Shown here: one piece after another, positions 15,071-23,550 of the stretch | Numbering within the stretch: the stretch's first letter is position 1 | Layout of the letters: every line of letters begins with the position of its first letter | Source: a virus | Length of the DNA: 38,747 nucleotides | Virus record (IMG/VR): IMGVR_UViG_3300012943_000019 | Location: 1 to 38,747 of that record | Strand: one strand, 5' to 3' | Position numbers and translations under genes: made by a program | Notes under the pieces: model-generated | Database searches by the model: none | Seen by the model: the letters and a program-made list of their open reading frames with translations, nothing else | Told to the model about the DNA's origin: nothing

Positions 15071-16377
15071 TGGCACGCCGTAAACTTTCTGAATTGGTAG
15101 CCGAAGAAGCGGCCAAGCCTAAGGCCAACCCGAACAAGCCCAATTTCCTGATTGACGCGGGGCGTCGTATTGCTGAAAGTGGGCCTATCCCTGCTGCACG
15201 GTTCCTCGGTAAACTCGGACTCCCCATGGGCAAACGGATTGTTGAGAACTACGAGAAAGACCTGCGAGAGAACCCTTCTCCCGGTACTATGGGCGGCGTG
15301 GCGGGCGATATGATGGTTCAGGGCTTGCCCATAGGTAAGATTAAAGGACTGGCTGGCCTTCTCAAGTTGGGAGTGCAAGGCGCTGGCATCCACCAAGCGC
15401 AGAACTACGCCAAGACGGGAGAGGTTAACCCCGGTGACGCCGCTCTTGAAACCGCGCTGGGTGCCGCTGCTGGTGGCGTCGGCGCAAAGATCCCTGGCTT
15501 CCTCAAGGGGGCGGGCGTCAAGTCTTTGGAAGTCCTTTCTCACGCTCCTAAGCGCCTTGAATCGGGCATGAACCCCCCCACATCCGCAGGGTTTAGGCAG
15601 GCTTTGGATAAGCGCCTTGTCCCCATTATGGCGTGGGGTAAGGGAGCGTTCAGAAAGGCCGATGAGCGGGGCTTGGGTGTTCAATTGGCTGGGGACGCGC
15701 AGAAGAAAGCCCTTCTTGCTAAAGAAGGCGTTGAGGGCAATTTGCTCTCTAATATCTCTGACGCTGAGGCGGCTATCCGCTCCCGCTCCACGGGGTCTAA
15801 GGGTCTTCTTCCGAAGCAGATGGAAGACGCCGTTGACCAGCTTGGCCAGTACGACTTGGCCGCGAGGAGCCCGCGAGTCGGCATGGCCCCGAGCGGTGCC
15901 GTTTCTGGCGAAGCAGCGATTGAGCAGGGGAAAATGGCGGGGGCTAACTCTCGTTGGGTAGAAGGTAAAACCCCCCCGGGGCTTGACCTCGCAAGCCAAG
16001 AGTACTACCGCGCCAATCAGGACAATCTCATGCGCGGCATGACGGGCAAGCCCAGCGAAGGCGCTTATCGTACCGTCAAGAAAGAAATGGCCGACCTAGC
16101 GCCCGTCCTTGAGGCTTTCCATGAAAAGGCCCGCACCAACTACTCCGCGTTTCCTGAACTTATCGGAACCGGAACGGGCATCGGTGCGGGCCTCGCGACT
16201 GGAAACTTGGGCGTTGCTTTGGCTCCTGTTGCTTTGGCCGCTTCCCGCCGCTATCCCGGCATGGCTCCCCTTCTCTATGAGTCTGGCCGTGGCTTCGAAT
16301 CCAAGTTCGGGACGCAGGCCGCCCGTCGTGCCCTAGACCTTGGCCGCGCTGCAATCTTCTCCCCTGAGGACAACTAA
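15070..16377 (+). CDS. Internal virion / ejection-protein-like protein (435 aa) with Gly/Ala-rich hydrophobic segments
   Basis: TAATG coupling. Contains GTGTGIGAGLATGNLGVALAPVALAA near the C-terminus and GAAAGGVGAKIPG mid-protein. Confidence 0.55.
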   Translation: MARRKLSELVAEEAAKPKANPNKPNFLIDAGRRIAESGPIPAARFLGKLGLPMGKRIVENYEKDLRENPSPGTMGGVAGDMMVQGLPIGKIKGLAGLLKLGVQGAGIHQAQNYAKTGEVNPGDAALETALGAAAGGVGAKIPGFLKGAGVKSLEVLSHAPKRLESGMNPPTSAGFRQALDKRLVPIMAWGKGAFRKADERGLGVQLAGDAQKKALLAKEGVEGNLLSNISDAEAAIRSRSTGSKGLLPKQMEDAVDQLGQYDLAARSPRVGMAPSGAVSGEAAIEQGKMAGANSRWVEGKTPPGLDLASQEYYRANQDNLMRGMTGKPSEGAYRTVKKEMADLAPVLEAFHEKARTNYSAFPELIGTGTGIGAGLATGNLGVALAPVALAASRRYPGMAPLLYESGRGFESKFGTQAARRALDLGRAAIFSPEDN

Positions 16378-18152
16378 TGTCTGGTGCAAATTTCTTCTCT
16401 GGCATGTTCCAGCCTGTAGTCCTGAACTCAAACGGTCAGATTACCGTTGCGGACGGGTATAAGGCCAAGTTCTACGCCGCAGGCACCGACATCCCGAAGA
16501 CCATCTACACGGATTCGGAACTGCTTGTACCCTACGCCTCTCCCGCGAATATCGCCTTCTTGGACGATACTGGGAAGGCTTTGATTTATTTGGGTATTGG
16601 GGGGTATAAACTCGTCCTGACTGACCCGAATGACGTTCCCGTTCCTGGCTACACCATTGATAATATCGTTGGTGGTGGCACGACCTTTGGGACGGGTTTC
16701 GTCAACTCCTTCGCAGACCTTGTGAACGTGAATACGTCCATATTCCCCTACACCTATATCGGTGGGTACTATGAGCCTGGTGATGGTGGTCAAGGGATGT
16801 TTTACAACGCTGTTTCGGCTTCTGCGGCTGACGGCGGGTATATTCAGGATTCCAATTTCGATCCTACTAAAAAGTGGTTCCGCATCCCTGACGAGGATGG
16901 GGATGTAAGGGCGGCTTCTTTCGGGTTTATTGGGAGCGGGGATAAGACCAATAACCTTCTCGCGGCCAATTCCTACGCGGCGTCTATCGGCGCGCGTATC
17001 CGTATTTGCAAGGATAACAGCGATACCGGGCGCTTCATTAGCTCCGTGGCTCTGACTGGCCCGGGGATTGTTTTTGAGGCTGGCTCCACGCTTACCAAAG
17101 CAACCGGATCGTTCACCCTGTCTATCGCTGGCATTGTTGAGGCGGGCGAAGGTAACCTTTTCTCGTCGTGGGGAACCAGCGTCACCCTGACGAATCCCGA
17201 GCAGGTTAGCCGCCCTGATTGGTTCGGGGCTTCTACGGATTCTGGCTCTGAGGCGGGGAATGCTACTGCTTTTGCTGCTTGGAAAGCGGCGGGGGCTGGG
17301 TACTTCATTGTTCCTCCGGGCCAATGGCCGCATACCGGAGTGTTTACCCCCTCTACCACGGTTACCACCGAGTTTCAGGGGGAAATCCTTGACGGTGCCG
17401 GGCCGACTATCTCTATTCCCATTGGGGTCTATTATCCCAATGGGAGCAAGATTAATGCAGCGGATATTACCGCCCGCCGTGACGTCCTAATACAAGGTTC
17501 AACCACAGTCGCAGATTTTTACGCAAGCACGATTGAAGCAACTGGCAATATCACGTCGGATATGGCGATTATCGCTGACGGACAGGTGAGAGGCCAAAAC
17601 GTAGACGCCGACTTGGATATTACTGCTGGGGATTCTATAACGGCTGGGACAACGATTACTGCTGGCGGCGCGATTACCGCAGGCTCTTTCGTTCAATCCA
17701 AAGCCGGTACTGGGTCTCAAGATTTTTTCGCGTCCGGGTCTGCTGCCCCCGTGGCTGGAACCGGCAACCCTGCACTACCGGCTAACTCCATTACGACCGA
17801 TGGCGGCCACATCAAGATCATCTTTTCTGGGACAACCACGGCTGCTAACCCCGTAATTACAGTTACTGTCGGGGGGCAAACTGTTTTTGCTGAATCAGCG
17901 ATCAACAATGTGACGGCAAGCCCGTACACCTATCACGGTGAAGTGGTGGTTATCCGCACCGGAGCCACGACCAGCTTCTCCACGGGTTTCGTCTGCTCAG
18001 ATTCTACGGGTGTTGGGACTATTAACTCAGCTTCTGATTCAAGAGCGGCTGCGATAACGTGGGCCAATAGCAACACTATTACCCAAAGCGCAGGCGGGAC
18101 GAACGTTAAAACCATGACCCTCTTTCACATTTACCCTGTTACCGGCACCTAG
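16377..18152 (+). CDS. Tail fibre / tailspike
   Basis: 591 aa. The N-terminus (...GYKAKFYAAGTDIPKTIYTDSELLVPYASPANIAFLDDTGKA...) matches the common podovirus fibre anchor pattern. Contains a beta-helix-like YYEPGDGGQGMFY and xITAG hexapeptide repeats at 17615..17683. Confidence 0.75.
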   Translation: MSGANFFSGMFQPVVLNSNGQITVADGYKAKFYAAGTDIPKTIYTDSELLVPYASPANIAFLDDTGKALIYLGIGGYKLVLTDPNDVPVPGYTIDNIVGGGTTFGTGFVNSFADLVNVNTSIFPYTYIGGYYEPGDGGQGMFYNAVSASAADGGYIQDSNFDPTKKWFRIPDEDGDVRAASFGFIGSGDKTNNLLAANSYAASIGARIRICKDNSDTGRFISSVALTGPGIVFEAGSTLTKATGSFTLSIAGIVEAGEGNLFSSWGTSVTLTNPEQVSRPDWFGASTDSGSEAGNATAFAAWKAAGAGYFIVPPGQWPHTGVFTPSTTVTTEFQGEILDGAGPTISIPIGVYYPNGSKINAADITARRDVLIQGSTTVADFYASTIEATGNITSDMAIIADGQVRGQNVDADLDITAGDSITAGTTITAGGAITAGSFVQSKAGTGSQDFFASGSAAPVAGTGNPALPANSITTDGGHIKIIFSGTTTAANPVITVTVGGQTVFAESAINNVTASPYTYHGEVVVIRTGATTSFSTGFVCSDSTGVGTINSASDSRAAAITWANSNTITQSAGGTNVKTMTLFHIYPVTGT

Positions 18153-18182
18153 AATGTGTAATCAACCCAAAGGAGGCTCAAA

Positions 18183-18536
18183 ATGAGCCACAATGATTTA
18201 AGCCAAGAGAACTACATCGACACCACCGCGCAAAGTGATGTCGTGTACTCTACCCGCAACTATGCAACCTTAGGGTTGTCTATTTCGGGGACGATCACCA
18301 CCGGCACCTTCACGGTAGAGGGAACCGAGGACGGCTACACGTGGCAAGAGTTGCCTGTAGCTCAGGGTAACGTCCAGCTTGCTGGGGATGAAATCACCGC
18401 TGTCGGCTCCTACATCGTAGGGGTGGCTGGCTATGCTCTGGTGCGCCTTGTCCCGGATAACTTCACGGGTTCGCTCCGCATCATGGGCAATATCTCTACT
18501 CGTATCACCCCCGCTTTCACTATTGGGATTGGATAA
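18183..18536 (+). CDS. Hypothetical tail-associated protein (117 aa)
   Basis: Strong SD AAAGGAGG. Lies between the two receptor-binding candidates. Beta-rich sequence. Confidence 0.6.
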   Translation: MSHNDLSQENYIDTTAQSDVVYSTRNYATLGLSISGTITTGTFTVEGTEDGYTWQELPVAQGNVQLAGDEITAVGSYIVGVAGYALVRLVPDNFTGSLRIMGNISTRITPAFTIGIG

Positions 18537-18541
18537 ATAAA

Positions 18542-20287
18542 ATGAAAAACCTGATTCTCGCCCTCGCCTTCATCCAGGCTGTCGTCTTCGGTCAGTTTGT
18601 TACCCTGCCGAAGCCCGCGTACAAGACCGCCAATATGGATTCCGTAACTGGGAACGCCTTTACGTACATCCAGCCGGATTCATCGAAGACGGTTTTGCGC
18701 TCCATGAAAATGAGCCAGCTTGCAGGGTACATCGGGGCGGCGGGGTGTAATACTGCTTGCCAGAACGCGATTGCGGATTCTCTTTCCAAAAATGGATTTT
18801 CCTTACTTCGGGCGGATTCGATTATCGCCCCCTACGTGAATACCCCTAACCTCGCCCCCTTTAACACCGAGGGCATCAAGTTCGGCATCGAAAATGGATG
18901 GCACAAGGACACGGCCATCGCTAGTCCTTTCCGCACCCTTTCGGTTGTCCTGAATGGGCCTTCCACGATCGCGGGGGGAGGCGTCTCGGACAAGTACCTG
19001 TTGCAAAACGCTGTCGCGGAGAACCTCAAGTCCGCTGGCTTCCCGGTGGTCAGCATTGTCAATGCTGGTGCAGGCGGCGAAACGATCAAGTACTACCGCG
19101 ACAACCTCATGGCGGGGCAGCTCGCCGCAAACTATGACGTGATTTATCATGAATGGGGGGTTAACGAGGGCGCAATTCTTCGCGATTCATTCCTGATCAT
19201 TTACGATCAGGTCTTGGCCGCTACCCGGGCCATTAAAACCGTGCAAGAGCAGACGATTATTATCTCGTCGCCCACCGCAACCAACGATACCCCGAACGGT
19301 CGCGATTCCGTGTGGTACTTGTCCATCAATTCCGCGCTTCGTGACCTCGCCCGCAAGTACCAATGCGTTTTCAACGATACGTGGACAAAGTACCGCATCC
19401 CCTATGTCGGCCCGTGGGATGACGCCTATGGCGACGGGCGCTCAATCCATCCCACCGACCTCCTGAATATGCACCGAGCCGGGGACATCGCCGACGCCAT
19501 CGCGGATCAGGATGCGGCCCGACTTCTCGGGTCAAGCAAGCTCCACAACACCCTTTCCACCGCCGCTACGGTGGCCGCATCGGCTGCCCCCAATAGCACG
19601 AATGGAACTGGTTACCTGAATTACCCCTCCGGACTTTCCATGTACCGTGCTCAGACGGGCGATGGCTGGGCAAACGATGGTGCTGTTTATTCGCTGAAGC
19701 AAATGGATGGCGTCAGCCTTCAATTGAACAATCAGTTCAGCGGAAAAAATCTCGCGTATCGTAGCTGTGGCGGAACGAGCTGCCAAGAATTCCAGCATAT
19801 CCTGAGCGCAGACGCGAATGGATACGTTTCCGCTATTGGCCCGGGCTCTCTCAATTGGGCTAGCGGGCAAACCGTTGTCGGTGATGCCAATGGCGCGGTT
19901 TTTTATCGCATCATAAATGCAAATTCAGGGGGCAGCGCTTACGCAAGCTGGGTGTTGCAGAATAACGTGGAGAACTACGTAGAACTCTTCGCGGGATCTT
20001 CTGCTTATAACAGCACCGCAGGGAACTATCCAAATGGTGCCTTCTTGAGAAACATGAATGGCCCTTGGGTTCTCATCGCAGGCGGCGCGACCGACGCGGA
20101 CGCAAACGCTATTTTGGACACAAATGAAACGGTCTTTAAAAAGCCGGTTGTGAACATGGAGGACGTGGAGAACCAAGCGGACACCTACCTTCCCGCCTTG
20201 GCGGATCCCACCGTGGAGCTTTATCTCTGTATCACCCCTGTGACCGGCAAGCTCCGCGCCCGTGCCGTCGCGTGTGGTACGCCGTGA
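18542..20287 (+). CDS. SGNH/GDSL-type esterase-like protein with signal-peptide-like N-terminus (second receptor-binding or depolymerase candidate)
   Basis: N-terminus MKNLILALAFIQAVVFGQ. Blocks resembling SGNH I, II, III and V: VVLNGPSTIAG, NAGAGGET, EWGVNEG, GDGRSIHPTD. Confidence 0.5.
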   Translation: MKNLILALAFIQAVVFGQFVTLPKPAYKTANMDSVTGNAFTYIQPDSSKTVLRSMKMSQLAGYIGAAGCNTACQNAIADSLSKNGFSLLRADSIIAPYVNTPNLAPFNTEGIKFGIENGWHKDTAIASPFRTLSVVLNGPSTIAGGGVSDKYLLQNAVAENLKSAGFPVVSIVNAGAGGETIKYYRDNLMAGQLAANYDVIYHEWGVNEGAILRDSFLIIYDQVLAATRAIKTVQEQTIIISSPTATNDTPNGRDSVWYLSINSALRDLARKYQCVFNDTWTKYRIPYVGPWDDAYGDGRSIHPTDLLNMHRAGDIADAIADQDAARLLGSSKLHNTLSTAATVAASAAPNSTNGTGYLNYPSGLSMYRAQTGDGWANDGAVYSLKQMDGVSLQLNNQFSGKNLAYRSCGGTSCQEFQHILSADANGYVSAIGPGSLNWASGQTVVGDANGAVFYRIINANSGGSAYASWVLQNNVENYVELFAGSSAYNSTAGNYPNGAFLRNMNGPWVLIAGGATDADANAILDTNETVFKKPVVNMEDVENQADTYLPALADPTVELYLCITPVTGKLRARAVACGTP

Positions 20288-20718
20288 TGCGCCCTGTTTT
20301 CTTAGCTGCGTTCGCTGCGCTCCTTCTTGGGGCGTGCGCGAAACACCCTTCTGTTCAGGGGGCGCAGAACGACATTGAATCCCCGCGCAAGGAGCGTCCC
20401 GCGCCCTTGCCGCGATCCCTCCCGCTTTACTTCGGGTTTGACAGCGTGGAGGTCATGGATTCCGCGTGGGCCTCTCGCCTTGCGGGATTCATGTCCAACG
20501 ACACGTCCCTGCGCCTCGTTCTGACCGGCTACACGGACACCGTGGGCCGCGCGGGCTACAACGATACCCTGAGCCAGCGCCGGGCTGAGAACACCCTTGC
20601 GGCCATCATGGCGGTGGGCACCGACGCCATGCGTATCGAAGCCCGCTCAAGAGGCGAGCGCTCCCCCACCGCAGACCCCGCCAAATCGCGCCGCGTGACG
20701 GCAGTATTCAAACAGTAG
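20287..20718 (+). CDS. OmpA/Pal-like peptidoglycan-binding lipoprotein
   Basis: ATG at 20287 overlaps the upstream stop (TGATG). Lipobox LLLGAC. OmpA_C motif LTGYTDTVGRAGYNDTLSQRRAENT...RSRGE. Confidence 0.7.
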   Translation: MRPVFLAAFAALLLGACAKHPSVQGAQNDIESPRKERPAPLPRSLPLYFGFDSVEVMDSAWASRLAGFMSNDTSLRLVLTGYTDTVGRAGYNDTLSQRRAENTLAAIMAVGTDAMRIEARSRGERSPTADPAKSRRVTAVFKQ

Positions 20719-20730
20719 AGGATTCCCCAC

Positions 20731-21150
20731 GTGGCCCCGAACAAGCAGGAAAACTGGATCTTAAAAAACTGGAAACTGCTTGCGTGGGCGGTTCCTTTAC
20801 TCGTCGCCAGCGGTGACCAGCTCATAGGCAAGGGGCTGGCCGGGAAAGCCGCTCAGAACGCCATTCAGGACGCTATGAGGCCCATAGTCGAAGAATCGGT
20901 TAAGGGTGCAAGGGCGGACATGGACACCGTCAAATTGGCTGTCCGTGACGGGTTCGGGAAACAGGAAATCCGCCTAAGCAGAATTGAGCAGGCGCTTATC
21001 AAGTTACCCGGTGGAAAGAAGGTTCTCCGCGACATCAGGCGGGAAGAACAGGAGCGCAAGGAACTGCTGGGCGACGATCCTAAGGTTCCGTTCGACCCGT
21101 CAAAAGGTATTGGGTATTCGATTCAGCACGGGATATGGGGGGCTCAATGA
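20731..21150 (+). CDS. Type-II membrane protein with coiled-coil ectodomain (i-spanin-like or holin-like)
   Basis: GTG start with AGAGGA SD. One N-terminal TM segment (WKLLAWAVPLLVASG), then a charged helical region (...IRLSRIEQALIKL...RREEQERKELL). Confidence 0.55.
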   Translation: MAPNKQENWILKNWKLLAWAVPLLVASGDQLIGKGLAGKAAQNAIQDAMRPIVEESVKGARADMDTVKLAVRDGFGKQEIRLSRIEQALIKLPGGKKVLRDIRREEQERKELLGDDPKVPFDPSKGIGYSIQHGIWGAQ

Positions 21151-21575
21151 CTGAATCCAGCCGGATATTCTACAGGAACCACGTTCTAGGCGGCTATGAA
21201 CTTAGTCGAGAATTGGTCTTACATTCTGACCTGCACCCTGAAACCCGTATCTCCATCCCCGGCGCTACTCTGGACGTAGATGGAACCCTTACCCTTTCCC
21301 CCGGCTTCCGATGGGATGGGGCGACAGGGGCTTGCGATACGAAGAATTTCATGCGAGGTTCGGCAGGGCATGACGCTATTTACAATATGCACCAGCTAGA
21401 GCAGACAATGCCGAAGGACTGGAAGAAGAAAGCCGACTCCCTCTTAAACCGTCTTTGCCGTGAGGACGGGATGAGCGCATGGCGTCGGTGGTGGGTTCGG
21501 CAGGCTATCCGCAAGGGTGGTCACGCCCGGCCTAGAGACTTGAACCCGTCCCTTGTGGAGCACGTCGCCCCATGA
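21147..21575 (+). CDS. DUF1353-like protein
   Basis: ATG at 21147 overlaps the upstream stop (ATGA). Pattern PGFRWDGATG...GHDAIY...KKADSLLNRLCREDGMSAWRRWWVRQAIRKGG fits the DUF1353 layout as I recall it. Confidence 0.55.
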   Translation: MTESSRIFYRNHVLGGYELSRELVLHSDLHPETRISIPGATLDVDGTLTLSPGFRWDGATGACDTKNFMRGSAGHDAIYNMHQLEQTMPKDWKKKADSLLNRLCREDGMSAWRRWWVRQAIRKGGHARPRDLNPSLVEHVAP

Positions 21576-21976
21576 AAATCCTTATTCAGCGCAAACCCAC
21601 TACCCCCACCTACACCGAGGGGGAGATGTTCATCAATGGTGAATGGTGGGCCATGACTTTAGAGGACACCGTGCGCAAGGGGAAGAAGGTGTACGGACAG
21701 ACCGCTATCCCGGCTGGGAAGTATAGGGTTGTCGTGGACTACTCCGAGAAGTTCCGTAAAAAGATGACCCATATCCTGAGCGTCCCCGGTTTCGAGGGAA
21801 TCCGCTTGCATCAGGGTTGCCATCCTCGGGATTCCTATGGTTGCCCTCTATTGTCGAAGCGTAGGGGCGGAACTCCCGGCACCCTGACAGCCATGAAAGC
21901 TGGAATCCTGACAGACGAACTCACCCGCCTAGTAGAACAGGCAGGGGGCGCGGAGATAGAGATTAGGAACGGGTAA
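21572..21976 (+). CDS. DUF5675-like protein; possible His/Cys cell-wall peptidase
   Basis: TEGEMFINGEWWAMTLED...IPAGKYRV...VPGFEGIRLHQGCHPRDSYGCPLL fits the DUF5675 pattern. The H-x-G...S-x-G-C tail resembles YkuD-type catalytic motifs. Confidence 0.55.
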   Translation: MKILIQRKPTTPTYTEGEMFINGEWWAMTLEDTVRKGKKVYGQTAIPAGKYRVVVDYSEKFRKKMTHILSVPGFEGIRLHQGCHPRDSYGCPLLSKRRGGTPGTLTAMKAGILTDELTRLVEQAGGAEIEIRNG

Positions 21977-22160
21977 GGTTTATCCCGCAAGCGCATCGAT
22001 AGGCGTGGTTGCATACGTCCCAAACGTACCGCCTCCTACAAGTGAAACAGAAGTTGGCCGCTTGCGACTCTCTCCACAATTCAGCCCTGAGCATTTCGGC
22101 ACAGTATGAATCAATGTTTACTGGCGGTTCTGTAAGGTACCCAAGCAAATTCCCCGTCAT
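21963..22160 (-). CDS. Cys-rich small protein (65 aa); last gene of the leftward arm
   Basis: ATGA coupling to 22157..22333. Contains CFTCRRRYVWDVCNHAYRCACG. It overlaps the end of the last + gene by 14 nt in convergent orientation. Confidence 0.4.
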   Translation of the reverse strand: MTGNLLGYLTEPPVNIDSYCAEMLRAELWRESQAANFCFTCRRRYVWDVCNHAYRCACGINLTRS

Positions 22161-22333
22161 AACCCGCACTCCTTCGGCTTGCCACCAGCGGCCAAGCACT
22201 TGTTGATTGTTGCTTGCGGGGACAACTCCAGATCCCTTTGAAGATGGTAATATCCCTCTACCCATGTATTCAGGAAATACAGGCAGCAGACGATAGCGAA
22301 GGACATTATGGCGCGGGAAATGTCGTGTATCAT
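22157..22333 (-). CDS. Small membrane protein (58 aa, MIHDISRAIMSFAIVCCLYFLNTW...)
   Basis: Not in the ORF track. ATGA overlaps at both ends. One hydrophobic helix. Confidence 0.4.
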   Translation of the reverse strand: MIHDISRAIMSFAIVCCLYFLNTWVEGYYHLQRDLELSPQATINKCLAAGGKPKECGL

Positions 22334-22500
22334 GGCGTTTCCTCGTTTTGGCTAGCATCCATTTCGTGCCAAAGGTCTAGTTTCGCAATTTCAATCCCGC
22401 CAATCCCTTCTCCGTAGGTAAGACCTTGGTCACGGTATTTATCAATTACCGCGTTAAGTTCATCTTGGAATTGCTGGGCTAAAGGCTTGTTGTCGCTCAT
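22330..22500 (-). CDS. Hypothetical protein (56 aa, MSDNKPLAQQFQDEL...)
   Basis: Internal ATG at 22500 forms ATGA with the upstream stop. Confidence 0.5.
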   Translation of the reverse strand: MSDNKPLAQQFQDELNAVIDKYRDQGLTYGEGIGGIEIAKLDLWHEMDASQNEETP

Positions 22501-22730
22501 TCCCCTCCCTCCCCACGGGGCGCGACACCGCATTTATCGCAGCCGATGTTAACGGTGGAGGACTCGGGGATTTCCATGTTGATTACGACCTTCTTCCGCC
22601 CGTAATGCGAAATCAGAAGAAAAGCGCCCATGGCCACGCCTGACGGGTCTTTGGCTATCAAGGAGAATCCTGCTATCCCATAGGCGAGGATAGCGGTCAG
22701 GTTGTCCCACAGATATTTTAGGGCTTTCAC
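22497..22730 (-). CDS. Small membrane protein (77 aa)
   Basis: GTG at 22730 overlaps the stop of the 35-aa ORF (GTGA). Two hydrophobic segments (LTAILAYGIAGFSLIA and VAMGAFLLISHY). Confidence 0.5.
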   Translation of the reverse strand: MKALKYLWDNLTAILAYGIAGFSLIAKDPSGVAMGAFLLISHYGRKKVVINMEIPESSTVNIGCDKCGVAPRGEGGE

Positions 22731-22834
22731 TTTTCCCGCCCTTCCAGAGCAGCGCGGGCGGCACAGTTGTGGCAATGGTCTGGCGATTCTCCATCACAGG
22801 CGTATGCCGCAAAAGGTTTCAGAGCCTTCTCCAT
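22727..22834 (-). CDS. Cys/His-rich mini-protein (35 aa)
   Basis: Strong SD GGAGGAGG before ATG 22834. Sequence MEKALKPFAAYACDGESPDHCHNCAARAALEGREK. Confidence 0.35.
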   Translation of the reverse strand: MEKALKPFAAYACDGESPDHCHNCAARAALEGREK

Positions 22835-22869
22835 CGCCTCCTCCAGCCCAGGGGTTGAGGGGGTCTCGT

Positions 22870-23373
22870 TCATTGTTCATTCCCTTTCTTGGCGCGGGCC
22901 ATGGTTTGTTTTTTCTTTCTTACGCAGTCTCGAACAGCTTTATTAGCACAAATCCGACACTCGCGGCGATCTTTTCTACTTGTCAAATTGCTTCCCAATA
23001 ACGGATGCCCGTTATTGCAATGGGTTTTCAGCCTTTGATAGGAATTAATAACGCTTGCAGGAGGGTGTTTCAGTCTCCCTTTTTTAAGGGCATCGCGTAC
23101 ATTATCGCCTTGAGTTCCTGCGAAAAGGTGGTGAGGATTCACGCATGGAGGGTTATCGCAAGCATGGCATACCACAAGCCCCTCTTGAAGCGCACCGTTG
23201 TGGATTTTGTACGAAACTCGATGCGCTCTTAAGCTCCTTCCTTTAAAGAAAAATTGTCCGTACTCGCGAGCGCATCTTCGCCCATGCCATTCCCAACATT
23301 CATTTTTATCGCCGGGAGATACATTTTCCCAAAACGCCGAAACGATCCTATCGGTGACTTCGAATTCGATCAT
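22870..23373 (-). CDS. HNH endonuclease (HNH_3 type)
   Basis: ECWEWHG...YGQFFF...[12 protein letters not shown]...[27 protein letters not shown] is the classic free-standing phage HNH signature. Confidence 0.8.
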   Translation of the reverse strand: MIEFEVTDRIVSAFWENVSPGDKNECWEWHGRRCAREYGQFFFKGRSLRAHRVSYKIHNGALQEGLVVCHACDNPPCVNPHHLFAGTQGDNVRDALKKGRLKHPPASVINSYQRLKTHCNNGHPLLGSNLTSRKDRRECRICANKAVRDCVRKKKQTMARAKKGNEQ

Positions 23374-23382
23374 AAAAGACCC

Positions 23383-23550
23383 CTATTCTCCTTTTCCTTG
23401 GTTCGGGGCCTTGGCCCGCTCGGCGTCAATTACCTGGTCGCAGTTGTGCGAGGACTTAAATCCCCAGCCGCAGCGCGGGCACTTCTTTTCCTTCCGGTTC
23501 GCCTTATCCCATTCGCGACGTTCGGCTCGGCTCATGGCTTCGTAGCTCAT
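23383..23550 (-). CDS. Small zinc-ribbon-like protein (55 aa, MSYEAMSRAERREWDKANRKEKKCPRCGW...)
   Basis: Not in the ORF track. ATGA coupling to 23547..24263. Its end supplies the AAGGAG SD for the HNH gene. Confidence 0.4.
   Translation of the reverse strand: MSYEAMSRAERREWDKANRKEKKCPRCGWGFKSSHNCDQVIDAERAKAPNQGKGE

Noticed and set aside
17615-17683. xITAG hexapeptide repeats (DITAG DSITAG TTITAG GAITAG) in the tail fibre, considered as a hypervariable or slippage locus
   Set aside because: The nucleotide sequences of the four units are diverged, so they are not identical repeats. This is typical of a beta-helix or fibre structural periodicity rather than a contingency locus.
16377-20287. 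Diversity-generating retroelement acting on the tail-fibre genes, as in BPP-1-like podoviruses
   Set aside because: No reverse-transcriptase ORF (no YxDD-type motif protein) exists anywhere in the genome. I saw no template/variable repeat pair near the 3' ends of the fibre genes.
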